DNA of 64,000 nucleotides from a virus (Duplodnaviria; Caudoviricetes), in IMG/VR virus record IMGVR_UViG_3300032335_001059, positions 22,814-86,813 of that record; one strand, 5' to 3'. Positions 18,126 to 26,753 of the stretch are shown piece by piece. Each line of letters starts with the position of its first letter. Within the stretch, counting starts at the first letter, position 1. A model generated the notes under the pieces. That model saw only the letters and a list, made by a program, of their open reading frames with translations. It did not search any database and had not been told where the DNA came from. The position numbers were made by a program, and so were the translations under genes.

Positions 18126-18133
18126 TTTTATTT

Positions 18134-18168
18134 AAAACTCTCTTGTTAATACAACAAGAGAGTTTTTT
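18134..18168 (+). terminator. Intrinsic terminator after the Ubl gene
   Basis: Perfect 14-bp aaaactctcttgtt/aacaagagagtttt plus T tract. Confidence 0.85.
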
Positions 18169-18185
18169 ATTTTTAAATTAAAAAA

Positions 18186-19490
18186 ATGAAAGCATTAATA
18201 ACTGGAATTACAGTAGGAAAATCTAGAAATGCATCTGCAACTTTAATATATAGAATATTTGATAAATATAAAGATTGTGATACTCATATAAATATTATAG
18301 ATGACCTAACTGATGGTAATTGGGCAATAGATAAAAGAGATGTTATATTTATAGAAGATGAAATTCCTAATATAGAATATAACTCTAAATGTTACATTTG
18401 TTCTGAAGAATACTTTAATGATGTTAGTGAAAAATTTTTACAAGATTTTACATTAAATTCTTATAACAAATTAGTAGGAAAAGAATACATTAGCGATGAA
18501 GATTTTTACATTAAATATTATAGTATTAAAAAAGATAATATTTTTGATTGGAAAAAAATAATTAAAGATTTTTTTGGAGATAGAGTAGATATACAAAATG
18601 AATATTTTATAGTACATTTTCCAAAAAAACATGTAGAAAATAGTTCAGGAAGACAACATACTATTTATGATGTATATTTAAAAATTACAATAAATTATTC
18701 AAATTCTTCTAGAATGTATTATGGACATTATTTTAATGAGTATTTTGATAAATATTTACAAAATTGTTATGCAAATCCTTGTTTTTTATTAACTAGTGGT
18801 ACAAGAACTACAGCATCTAAAGAAGAACATATTTCTTCATATTGTTTTTCTCATTTTCAAAGAGGATTTGGTGAATGGAGAAATACTTGTTTAGGCGAAG
18901 GATTGTTAAGAAAATATGGAAGTATTCCAATTTCTAATGAAGAACTTGCTGTAGGTTATTGTGTAGCTTTAGAAAATTATCTTTCTTGGGAATCTTTAGA
19001 AGGCGGACCTTATATTAAAATTAGTGATATTCGTTCTAATATTGAAAGAGAAAATTTAAATTCTTCTCTTTTTAGTTCAAGAATAATGAAAAGTTTAATA
19101 TCAAATAAATTTAACAATTTGATTTTAAATTTAGATACAAATAAAGTTTACATAAACGAAAATGTTCTAGATGAAGTTAATTCTTTTTATGCCATTAATG
19201 GAGATTATATTTCTTTAGACAAATTAAATCAAAATGATAAAAATAACAGTAATCATAAAGAAATTGTTGGAAATAACTTTTTTACTTTTAATGGAAAAGA
19301 AACTGGTAAATTAACAATTGATTATTCTTTAAATAAAAGTTCATCTGAAACAATTTTTTCTGGAGAATTAGATGTTTATAGAATGCATTATTCTTCTTTA
19401 GAACAATCTTTAACAAATAAAATAAATAGTATTATAAATGACAAATCAAACAACTTCCTTGAAAAAAAACCCTTATTCAGAATTAACTGA
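18186..19490 (+). CDS. Putative prokaryotic E2-like (UBC-fold) protein
   Basis: FSH223F-x(10)-TC235LGEG followed by a helix and YLSWESLEGGPY, resembling the His...CLG core of prokaryotic E2s; operon context. Confidence 0.5.
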   Translation: MKALITGITVGKSRNASATLIYRIFDKYKDCDTHINIIDDLTDGNWAIDKRDVIFIEDEIPNIEYNSKCYICSEEYFNDVSEKFLQDFTLNSYNKLVGKEYISDEDFYIKYYSIKKDNIFDWKKIIKDFFGDRVDIQNEYFIVHFPKKHVENSSGRQHTIYDVYLKITINYSNSSRMYYGHYFNEYFDKYLQNCYANPCFLLTSGTRTTASKEEHISSYCFSHFQRGFGEWRNTCLGEGLLRKYGSIPISNEELAVGYCVALENYLSWESLEGGPYIKISDIRSNIERENLNSSLFSSRIMKSLISNKFNNLILNLDTNKVYINENVLDEVNSFYAINGDYISLDKLNQNDKNNSNHKEIVGNNFFTFNGKETGKLTIDYSLNKSSSETIFSGELDVYRMHYSSLEQSLTNKINSIINDKSNNFLEKKPLFRIN

Positions 19491-19779
19491 GTTTTCTAAA
19501 AAGAAGGGTAAATTAATATTGAGTCAAACTGTAATTGACCAAATTAAATATTTATGTTCTAAAATGCCATTAGTAGAATGGTCAGGTGTATTATACCACA
19601 CTAGTGAAGGTGATTTACAAAATCCAGAACAATTTACATGTAAAGCTGAATATATATTGCTATTAGATAAAGGCACTTCAGGTTATACAGAATATGATTT
19701 TTCTTCTCCTTCTTTTACAGAAGCTTTGATGGAAAAACCAGAGTTTATGGAATGGTCTATGAGCCATTGTCACTCGCAT
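19438..19779 (+). CDS. JAB/MPN+ metallopeptidase, exon 1 (join 19438-19779, 20910-21749; 393 aa)
   Basis: VEWSGVL (catalytic Glu); splicing restores the JAMM motif HSH|NNMSVFFSATD. Confidence 0.88.
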
Positions 19780-19992
19780 TCGAGAAATTGTGGTGCAGCT
19801 ACAAAGTGATTTGTAGTAAAAAATAGAGGATGAATTGCTGGAACGATGACAAAGTAATCCAATCAGCAGCCAAGCTATAGTTACAACTATAGAAGGTTCA
19901 ACGACTACCTGAGCAGTATAGTCTGCTTAATAACAGGAAGTAGCTAATAGTAGTGTATTAGTGAAAAAGCGTCCTCCAACTTAACATGTCCG

Positions 19993-20853
19993 TTAAGTTG
20001 ATGATATAGTCTGTTCGTAGTTAATTCTTTGAAGAAAAACATTATGTTTTCTTTTTAAGAAAAAAGTTAAGTTATCGTAACAAGAATAGAAATTATAAAA
20101 ATCTTTTTTATTGCATATATCTAAAATATAATAATTACTTTTATTGGTAATTTTAAATTTTTCAAGTTTAAGCTCTTCGGCAATACCTTTTAAAAAAAGA
20201 TATGTTCCGCAAATGTTTATACCGTATGTTCTATAAAATTCATTTTTTACTCTTTTATCTGTATGGGCATAAACATGACCATCGCCATCAAAATATCCTA
20301 ATATTACAGCTTTTCTAAACTGTTTAGGTATTATTGGTAAAAAATTTTCAAGAGTAAAAGTTTTATTTCTATTAATACCAAGTGCAATTAAATTTCTACA
20401 AAGAGTTTGATTACCTAATGTTATTGATGACCTATTATAAGTTTTTTTAGTTCTTTTATCATAAGGTGTAGAATTTAATATTTTAGTTTCAAATCCAATT
20501 TCGGATTTAATAAAATTTAAAAAATCAACATCTTTGGTATTAACAACAATAGTTAGATTATATAATTTTTTTATTTTATCAAAACCGATACAACCATCAG
20601 CAGCTATATACCCCAATATATAAGCTTTTGAATATGTATCAATTTTTGAAAAATAATCAACATTACCTTGTGAAGGTCTTTTATTATTATAACCGCAATC
20701 TCTTTTGAGAATATAAGTTATAGTAGGATAAGGTTTTTGCATAATTTCAGCAATTTTTAAAACAGGAGTTTTGTTTAAATACAATTCTTTAATTTTTTCA
20801 ATTTGTTCTAATGATAATCTAGTTTTCATGTTTTTTCTTTTGTTATAACACAA
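19993..20853 (-). CDS. Antisense intron-encoded LAGLIDADG homing endonuclease (start probably 20829)
   Basis: Two motifs, AYILGYIAADGCI and AVILGYFDGDGHV; N-terminal HTH-like segment. Confidence 0.9.
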   Translation of the reverse strand: MCYNKRKNMKTRLSLEQIEKIKELYLNKTPVLKIAEIMQKPYPTITYILKRDCGYNNKRPSQGNVDYFSKIDTYSKAYILGYIAADGCIGFDKIKKLYNLTIVVNTKDVDFLNFIKSEIGFETKILNSTPYDKRTKKTYNRSSITLGNQTLCRNLIALGINRNKTFTLENFLPIIPKQFRKAVILGYFDGDGHVYAHTDKRVKNEFYRTYGINICGTYLFLKGIAEELKLEKFKITNKSNYYILDICNKKDFYNFYSCYDNLTFFLKRKHNVFLQRINYEQTISST

Positions 20854-20881
20854 AGGTAAGAATAAAACTTATAATAACAAA
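20851..20881 (-). promoter_or_regulatory. Bacteroidota promoter driving the antisense endonuclease
   Basis: On the minus strand: TTTG (20881-20878), 19-nt spacer, TACCTTTG (20858-20851), an exact match to TTTG-N19-TAnnTTTG. Confidence 0.78.
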
Positions 20882-20909
20882 TTTTCTTAATGTTTGCTAC
20901 GAGTAAACG

Positions 20910-21749
20910 AACAATATGAGCGTATTTTTTAGCGCGACTGACAATGAAGAACTTACAGATAATGCTCCTAATTACAACTACTACCTTTCGTTAATTGTAA
21001 ATAACAAAAATGAATATTGCGCTAGAATTGCATTCATTGGTGAAATTGAAGGTAGGACAATAAAATTTAAAGATAGACACGGAGTAGAGCAAGCAATAAC
21101 TTCAGCAAATAAACAAGTTACATTTTATTACGAAATGGAAATATTTGCTGAAAGTTCTAATTTAATTGATGATTTCTTTGTTAAGCAGTATGAAAAAGTA
21201 ATTGCAGCTAAACCAGTACAAACTTTTCCGCAATTTGAAAATAGTTATACAAATTATAACGTTACTAATTATGAAAATTATGGTATAGGTTATAATAAAA
21301 ATTATGCAAAAAATAATTACAAACAAGGTAAATTATTTGATGACAAAAGTACTGAAAAGATTGAAGATAAATTAACTTGGGATTCTCAAGCTGTAAACTT
21401 TATTAAAAGATTGATTGATGTAAATTATACTATGGAAAACATAGCATTTTATTTAAACTACAATCAAGATTATTCTTCTCCTTTACATAATTATTTAGAT
21501 GATTTGATTCCTAAAAACAAAGGACATTTCAAAAACAATAAAGAAGTTAAAGAATTTATTGAAAATAGAGTAGCTAATGCAGATGAAGTATTTGAATATT
21601 TTTCAATTACTTGTGATGAGTATGATAATACAAGTGATTTAAATGATGTATGGATAGATTCTATTAATTTTCTAAAAGCAAGTAGTTTTAAAAATCATCC
21701 AACATCAAAATTAATTATAGAAGAAATGGACAAATGGGTATGGAAATAA
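20910..21749 (+). CDS. JAB/MPN+ peptidase exon 2 with a long C-terminal extension
   Basis: NNMSVFFSATDNEEL...YYLSLIVNN continues the JAB fold. Confidence 0.88.
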   Translation, partial: NNMSVFFSATDNEELTDNAPNYNYYLSLIVNNKNEYCARIAFIGEIEGRTIKFKDRHGVEQAITSANKQVTFYYEMEIFAESSNLIDDFFVKQYEKVIAAKPVQTFPQFENSYTNYNVTNYENYGIGYNKNYAKNNYKQGKLFDDKSTEKIEDKLTWDSQAVNFIKRLIDVNYTMENIAFYLNYNQDYSSPLHNYLDDLIPKNKGHFKNNKEVKEFIENRVANADEVFEYFSITCDEYDNTSDLNDVWIDSINFLKASSFKNHPTSKLIIEEMDKWVWK

Positions 21750-21925
21750 AAAAAATTAAACAAAGTACAGTAAGATTTTCAGAAGCTTACTTTTATAAAC
21801 CAAATGTAGAAGTACTAGTATTAGGATTAGGGGGTATCGGCTCATGGCTGACCCTCAATCTTGCTAGATTAGAATGTAATTTACATTTATACGATTATGA
21901 TTTAATTGATGAAGTAAATTTAGCT
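21734..21925 (+). CDS. ThiF/E1-like adenylyltransferase, exon 1 (join 21734-21925, 23173-23664; 227 aa)
   Basis: VLVLGLGGIGSW (GxGxxG); YDYDLIDEVNLA|GQMY across the junction. Confidence 0.88.
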
Positions 21926-21935
21926 AGGAATATTC

Positions 21936-21978
21936 TATTATATTAATTATTTTTGTATATACAAAAAATAATATAATG
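21936..21978 (+). promoter_or_regulatory. TAnnTTTG element (21948-21955) inside a hairpin that pairs with the endonuclease ATG
   Basis: tattata...tttttgt/acaaaaa...tataatg stem; no clear -33 element. Confidence 0.5.
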
Positions 21979-23043
21979 GATAAATACTCAGGAGAATTTA
22001 AAACAATTGACACACAAGAAAAAGCTTATGTTTTAGGCTTGTTTTACGCAGATGGATATATTTATAAAAGAAAATATAGTTATTTTTCAGGAATTACTTT
22101 ACATTTAAAAGATGAATATTTAATAGATAAATTATGTGAAATTTTTTCTTTTTTTCAAAAAACTTTTGACAAAAGTAAACCTTCAACAATACATTTGAGA
22201 TGTAATGTAAAAGAATTTATTTTAGATTTAAAAGCAAACGGAATGCATGAAAGAAAATCTTTTGAAAACAAAGAGAATTTACATGTACCAAATATTGATA
22301 AATCTTTAATTAATCATTTTATTAGAGGATTTTTTGATGGAGATGGTAGTGTTTATTTTAGTAAAACTGCATCTATAAATTCTAAATATTGTACTTTTAC
22401 AGGAGTATGTTTTTCTTTTTTAAAAGAAATTCAGGAAATTTTAAAAACAAATAATATTAATTTTAGATTTACAATTAATAAACTTTCTAAAAAAGAATCT
22501 TACATTTTTGGAAGAAAAATTAATAATCCACAAGATGTTGGAATATTAACTTTATCTTTAAGAAAAGAAATTGAATTTTTTTCAAATTTTTTATATAAAA
22601 ATAGTAATATACATCTTTATAGAAAATATGAAATAATGAATTCTTGGACAGAAACTTTATCTGAAAGATTTATATGTAGAATATGTAATTCTAAAAATAC
22701 AATATTTGTAGGAAAAAATAAATATAAATGTAAAAATTGTAATAAAATAATTCCAATAATAGGTAATATTTTTGTTAAAAAAACAAGCAAGCCTTGTAAA
22801 CATTGTAATTCACTAAATACCGTAGGAAACGGTAAAACTAAAAGTAGAACTACAAATGAAATAATATCTGAAAAATTTTTGTGTAGAAATTGTAATAAAA
22901 ACTCCAGTTATTTAATGACTGGTCTTAATAACAGTAATGTTATTAATGGAGAGGATGAATTGACTGGAAAGCTAAGGGATGAAAGACTCCTATGCCAATC
23001 AGCAGCCAAGCCGTCAGAGACGGAAGGTTCAGAGACTACCTGA
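21976..23043 (+). CDS. Intron-encoded LAGLIDADG endonuclease with two C-terminal C4 zinc ribbons
   Basis: AYVLGLFYADGYI and HFIRGFFDGDGSV; CRIC..CKNC and CKHC..CRNC; ORF reads into the ribozyme core. Confidence 0.9.
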   Translation: MDKYSGEFKTIDTQEKAYVLGLFYADGYIYKRKYSYFSGITLHLKDEYLIDKLCEIFSFFQKTFDKSKPSTIHLRCNVKEFILDLKANGMHERKSFENKENLHVPNIDKSLINHFIRGFFDGDGSVYFSKTASINSKYCTFTGVCFSFLKEIQEILKTNNINFRFTINKLSKKESYIFGRKINNPQDVGILTLSLRKEIEFFSNFLYKNSNIHLYRKYEIMNSWTETLSERFICRICNSKNTIFVGKNKYKCKNCNKIIPIIGNIFVKKTSKPCKHCNSLNTVGNGKTKSRTTNEIISEKFLCRNCNKNSSYLMTGLNNSNVINGEDELTGKLRDERLLCQSAAKPSETEGSETT

Positions 23044-23172
23044 GTAATAGCGATATTACTTAATAACAGGAAGTAGTTATAATATATATTGAAGTTATAA
23101 TGAAAAAGTGTCCTCCATCCTTATAGGATGAAGATATAGTCCATGCCGCATAGAAATATGGGATAAACATTG

Positions 23173-23664
23173 GGTCAAATGTATGCTAATACTGATATTG
23201 GATTGAGAAAACTTGATAGTATTAATAGTTTAGTTAATTTATTATGTGATAAACCTAATATAATTTCTTTAAATGAAAAATATACTAATGAAAGTTTGAC
23301 TGGTCCAATAGTATTTTCTTGTTTTGACAATATGGCTGCAAGAAAATTAGCTTTTGATAAATGGAAAGCTGAAGACGATAGAGAACTTTTTATTGATGGA
23401 AGAATGGCACTTTCAACAGGAGAAGTTTATTGTGTAACAAAAGGAAAAGAAAAAGAATACGAAAGAACTTTATTTGATGATTCTGAAGTTGAAGATGCTG
23501 CTTGTAGTATGAAAGCAACTACTTTTAGTGGTATGACTATCGCAAGTATAATGACAGCATTATTTTGTAATTATGTAGGTACAACTTTAAATCCAGATTT
23601 ACCAGTTAATTTATCTTTTAAAACAACTTATAATTTTCCGTTAATGATGTTTGAAAGTATATGA
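23173..23664 (+). CDS. ThiF/E1-like exon 2
   Basis: IVFSCFDNMAARK, FIDGRM, candidate catalytic Cys in EDAACSMK; no Zn-binding CxxC pairs. Confidence 0.88.
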   Translation, partial: GQMYANTDIGLRKLDSINSLVNLLCDKPNIISLNEKYTNESLTGPIVFSCFDNMAARKLAFDKWKAEDDRELFIDGRMALSTGEVYCVTKGKEKEYERTLFDDSEVEDAACSMKATTFSGMTIASIMTALFCNYVGTTLNPDLPVNLSFKTTYNFPLMMFESI

Positions 23665-24929
23665 TAATTTTTAAAAACACAAGACGTTTTAATAATTCAC
23701 TTCCTGAAGTAGAAATAGATATAAGAAGTTTAAACATTATTCCTTTATTTGATATAATTGATGCTCCTTTTGGATTAATCAAATATGATTCAAATCCTAT
23801 ACTTTCTAAAAATAAAACTGCTAGTAGAATTTTACATAATAAAAATCTAATTTATAGATATTCTTATTCAGGTCAATTATTACATTATGATTATGAATAT
23901 TTAAAATCAAAGTATATAGATTTTAAAAAAAGAATAAAAAATGAAGTTTATTTCTTTTTTAATGAAAAAGTAAATTTTATTACTACTATCAATAATACTA
24001 ATATTCAATTTAATGAAAAAGTATTTATTAATACTGAATATATAACAAATAATTTTCAATTTAGAGGTAATAACCAATTTATAAAAAATACTTTTGATAA
24101 ATTTTCAACAAAAAAAGTAATTAGAAATAATGAAAAATTAGCTATTTATTTTGGTTCTGTTTTTAAAGAAGTCGATGAAGGTATATATCCTGTTTTACTA
24201 TCAGGTATTGATGCAAATAAAATAAATTCTTTTAAATCAAATTTAATAAATACTTTAGTAAATGAACCTACTGATTTTAATTCAGTTAAAGTTTATATAG
24301 ACAAAGATTGGTATTTAGATTCATGCAATAAATCTTTAAAAATATATTTGTTAAAAAATTTAGAAGAAAAATATTATAATTACGAACTTATATTGTTTGA
24401 CGGTAAAGAATTTGCTAATCAAAATATGTTTTCTTATCAACCTTTATCTTTTTCTACTCTTAGTAAGAGAAAAAAGTATTTTAATGATATTGAAGCTAAA
24501 CTTTATGAATTAATGCTAGATGATTATAAAGATAGTTTTGACTATAAAGCTGAACAAGAAAAGTTTTTAAATAAATACAATCAATTATTAGAAAATAATA
24601 GAAAAGAAAAACAAGATAAAGAAGAAAATAAATCTGAAATATTAGAAACTAGAAGTTTAACTTCAGAAGAAATGTCTTTAATTGATTCGTTATTTTATAA
24701 TAATGTAGAAGAGGAAATTGTTCCACGTGTAATTTCTACAGACATAATGAATGAAGCTATTGGTAATAGTATAGAATATCAAGAAGTACCTGTACTTAAT
24801 TTAATTCCAGTTTTACAAGAATTAAGTCCTACAAGTCAACTTCTTTCTACAATATCAGAAATAGATAATACATTTGCAGATTTAGAAGAAGAATTACGTA
24901 GAATAGCTAATGAAATACAAAATGGATAA
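23661..24929 (+). CDS. Hypothetical protein with an acidic tail, translationally coupled to E1
   Basis: 422 aa, ATGA overlap. Confidence 0.75.
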   Translation: MIIFKNTRRFNNSLPEVEIDIRSLNIIPLFDIIDAPFGLIKYDSNPILSKNKTASRILHNKNLIYRYSYSGQLLHYDYEYLKSKYIDFKKRIKNEVYFFFNEKVNFITTINNTNIQFNEKVFINTEYITNNFQFRGNNQFIKNTFDKFSTKKVIRNNEKLAIYFGSVFKEVDEGIYPVLLSGIDANKINSFKSNLINTLVNEPTDFNSVKVYIDKDWYLDSCNKSLKIYLLKNLEEKYYNYELILFDGKEFANQNMFSYQPLSFSTLSKRKKYFNDIEAKLYELMLDDYKDSFDYKAEQEKFLNKYNQLLENNRKEKQDKEENKSEILETRSLTSEEMSLIDSLFYNNVEEEIVPRVISTDIMNEAIGNSIEYQEVPVLNLIPVLQELSPTSQLLSTISEIDNTFADLEEELRRIANEIQNG

Positions 24930-25539
24930 AAATTTTAAACACATATATACTTTAGAAATTCCTAAGTATATAACATCAGTACAAACTTCTAAATCAATTA
25001 GACCTAAATATTATTCTAATATTGCTGGAATAGGTAGAGTTAATAAATGTCCTAAGAAATTAGAAGGTGCTCAAGTAGACAGTAAAGGTTTTTATCTTGA
25101 CAAAGATGGTAACAAAATTGTAGCTAATACAAGAAGTGTAGGTAAAGCTAGGCAAGTTCCTATTAATGCTCAAATACTTTATGTAGGTAGTACATGGAAT
25201 AGAGTTGCTATTAAAAATGGATTAGAAGAATTTTTTATAGATTACATTAAAGATATGCCAGTTTTTACTGGTAGTATTGCAATGGAATGTGAAATTCATA
25301 CTATAATAGGACATTCTCAAGCAGATTTGGACAATTTAGGTTATATGTATGGTAAAGTATTGACTGACACTATGGTAAACATGGGAAGATTAGTTGATGA
25401 CAAAGTACCTTATGTAACTAAACCTTGTTCAGCTCCTTTATTTTATCCTGTTGATTCATTTGATGATAGAAAATTAGTTTATCATTTTTATCAAGATAAA
25501 AGACCTGAAATATTAAAATTAAATAAAGTAGAAGATTAA
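24910..25539 (+). CDS. RusA-like Holliday junction resolvase
   Basis: ADLDNLGYMYGKVLTDTMVNMGRLVDD resembles the RusA DxDN..K...D.......DD motif. Confidence 0.65.
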   Translation: MKYKMDKNFKHIYTLEIPKYITSVQTSKSIRPKYYSNIAGIGRVNKCPKKLEGAQVDSKGFYLDKDGNKIVANTRSVGKARQVPINAQILYVGSTWNRVAIKNGLEEFFIDYIKDMPVFTGSIAMECEIHTIIGHSQADLDNLGYMYGKVLTDTMVNMGRLVDDKVPYVTKPCSAPLFYPVDSFDDRKLVYHFYQDKRPEILKLNKVED

Positions 25540-25580
25540 TTTCTTCTACTTTATTTTTAAAATTAAAAAATTAAATTAAT

Positions 25581-25826
25581 ATGAAAAAAATAATTATCAC
25601 TATTCTAGTAGCTATTATAATGCTACCTTCGTGTAAAAAAGAATGTAACTTTCCACCTGCTCCATACGGAACAGCAGACAATGTAAGCGAGTATAGCTCT
25701 ACTGGGTACAACTCAATTACCTACACCTACTACTGCTATAGCGGTAGGTACACAGCCGTAACCTATACCAATACGGAAGGTTGTGTTTGGGAAGATAGTT
25801 ACTATTATTCTAATTGTATAAAATAA
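25581..25826 (+). CDS. Small lipoprotein
   Basis: MKK, hydrophobic stretch, lipobox-like LPSC; stop codon lies in the TAAC of an attC-like site. Confidence 0.75.
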   Translation: MKKIIITILVAIIMLPSCKKECNFPPAPYGTADNVSEYSSTGYNSITYTYYCYSGRYTAVTYTNTEGCVWEDSYYYSNCIK

Positions 25827-25945
25827 CTTTTCCGAGTATTGCCGCAGTAGCAGAATTACAAAACATCAAAGTAAAAACAAATGGAAAATAAAGAACAAAA
25901 AGTTGAAACAGGCACAGAAGCTGCTATTGTCGACAATATTGTGTT
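25824..25945. mobile_element. attC-like site A
   Basis: TAAC ... arm 25837-25853 / arm 25921-25938 (one extra T) ... GTT; 67-nt central loop. Confidence 0.55.
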
Positions 25946-26132
25946 GCCTGCCGTTTTTTCGCAGGATTATTTAGAGTGGGTAAAGCAAGCCAATTTGCCT
26001 CCACTAACAAATACACAGCATAAATTTGCGGAGTGGTTACTACAAGAAGATAATAGAAAAGTTATTTCTCAAATTGGCGGATTTGATGAAATATTTATTT
26101 CTGTTCGTAAGTGGGTCAAAAATTTCAGCTAA
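25881..26132 (+). CDS. Cassette protein whose start lies inside site A and whose stop lies in site B
   Basis: 83 aa; AAIVDNIV is encoded by the right arm of site A. Confidence 0.65.
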   Translation: MENKEQKVETGTEAAIVDNIVLPAVFSQDYLEWVKQANLPPLTNTQHKFAEWLLQEDNRKVISQIGGFDEIFISVRKWVKNFS

Positions 26133-26206
26133 CGTTTTCGGGCTTGGCGAAGTGGCTTTTGTGCGTTGGCTTGTGTGTCGGAAAGCCATTTTGCCAAACC
26201 CGTGTT
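26130..26206. mobile_element. attC-like site B
   Basis: TAAC, then a 21-bp stem cgggcttggcgaagtggcttt/aaagccattttgccaaacccg, then GTT. Confidence 0.65.
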
Positions 26207-26280
26207 ATATGAAGTGCCGACTTATTTACGATAAAGCCCAATTGAAACAATAAACAGAAAAACAAAAAGAAAAAAAAGCG

Positions 26281-26424
26281 ATGGAAGAATATAAAAAAAT
26301 ACCTTATAAAAAGGTTTCAAATTTTGGAAAAAGATTGAGAGATAAATCCAAAATAGAAGACCGTGAGTTTATAAAAAAACAACAAATATCTTTAATTAAA
26401 GCAAAAAAAATAATAGTAAAATGA
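26281..26424 (+). CDS. Small basic protein (47 aa)
   Basis: Hand translation MEEYKKIPYKKVSNFGKRL...; ATGA-coupled to the next ORF. Confidence 0.5.
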   Translation: MEEYKKIPYKKVSNFGKRLRDKSKIEDREFIKKQQISLIKAKKIIVK

Positions 26425-26753
26425 ATACAGGAAATATGTCAAATGACGAGGCAGAATCAATAGGTAAATTTATTGAACAACTTAACAATATACAGCCATT
26501 TTGCAAAGCAAGTGTTACTCGCAGTAATTTATCCAAAGGGATGTGTGTACAGGATAGTGAAGGCAAAAAAGGTGTTATTAGAAATTGTGAGGACTTGCAC
26601 AATGTTCACGTAACTTTTGAAGGCGAAGGAATTGAAATAGATTGGTACGAAATACCTTTTGAGTGCGGTGGAAGTGGGCTGTATTGCTTCGTTGAAGATT
26701 GTCAAGGTAATTGTGAAAACGAAAAATTTATAAATAAGTTTTTTGTAATATAA
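26421..26753 (+). CDS. Cassette protein with an SH3/KOW-like beta pattern and a Cys-rich end
   Basis: LSKGMCVQDSEGKKGVIRNCEDLHNVHVTF; GSGLYCFVEDC. Confidence 0.65.
   Translation: MNTGNMSNDEAESIGKFIEQLNNIQPFCKASVTRSNLSKGMCVQDSEGKKGVIRNCEDLHNVHVTFEGEGIEIDWYEIPFECGGSGLYCFVEDCQGNCENEKFINKFFVI

Larger units (their letters stand above)
19780..20909 (+). mobile_element. Group I intron in the JAB gene
   Basis: P1 gcat/gtgc ending in a U.G pair; P10 acaat/attgt; core gaattgctggaa, aatcagcagccaag, gacta (19903-19907), tagtc (20007-20011); ends in G20909. Confidence 0.9.
21926..23172 (+). mobile_element. Group I intron in the E1 gene, with the endonuclease ORF ahead of the core
   Basis: Core at about 22950-23145 (aatcagcagccaag, gacta 23034-23038, tagtc 23137-23141); P10 tgact(22916-22920)/ggtca; ends in G23172. 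Confidence 0.88.
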
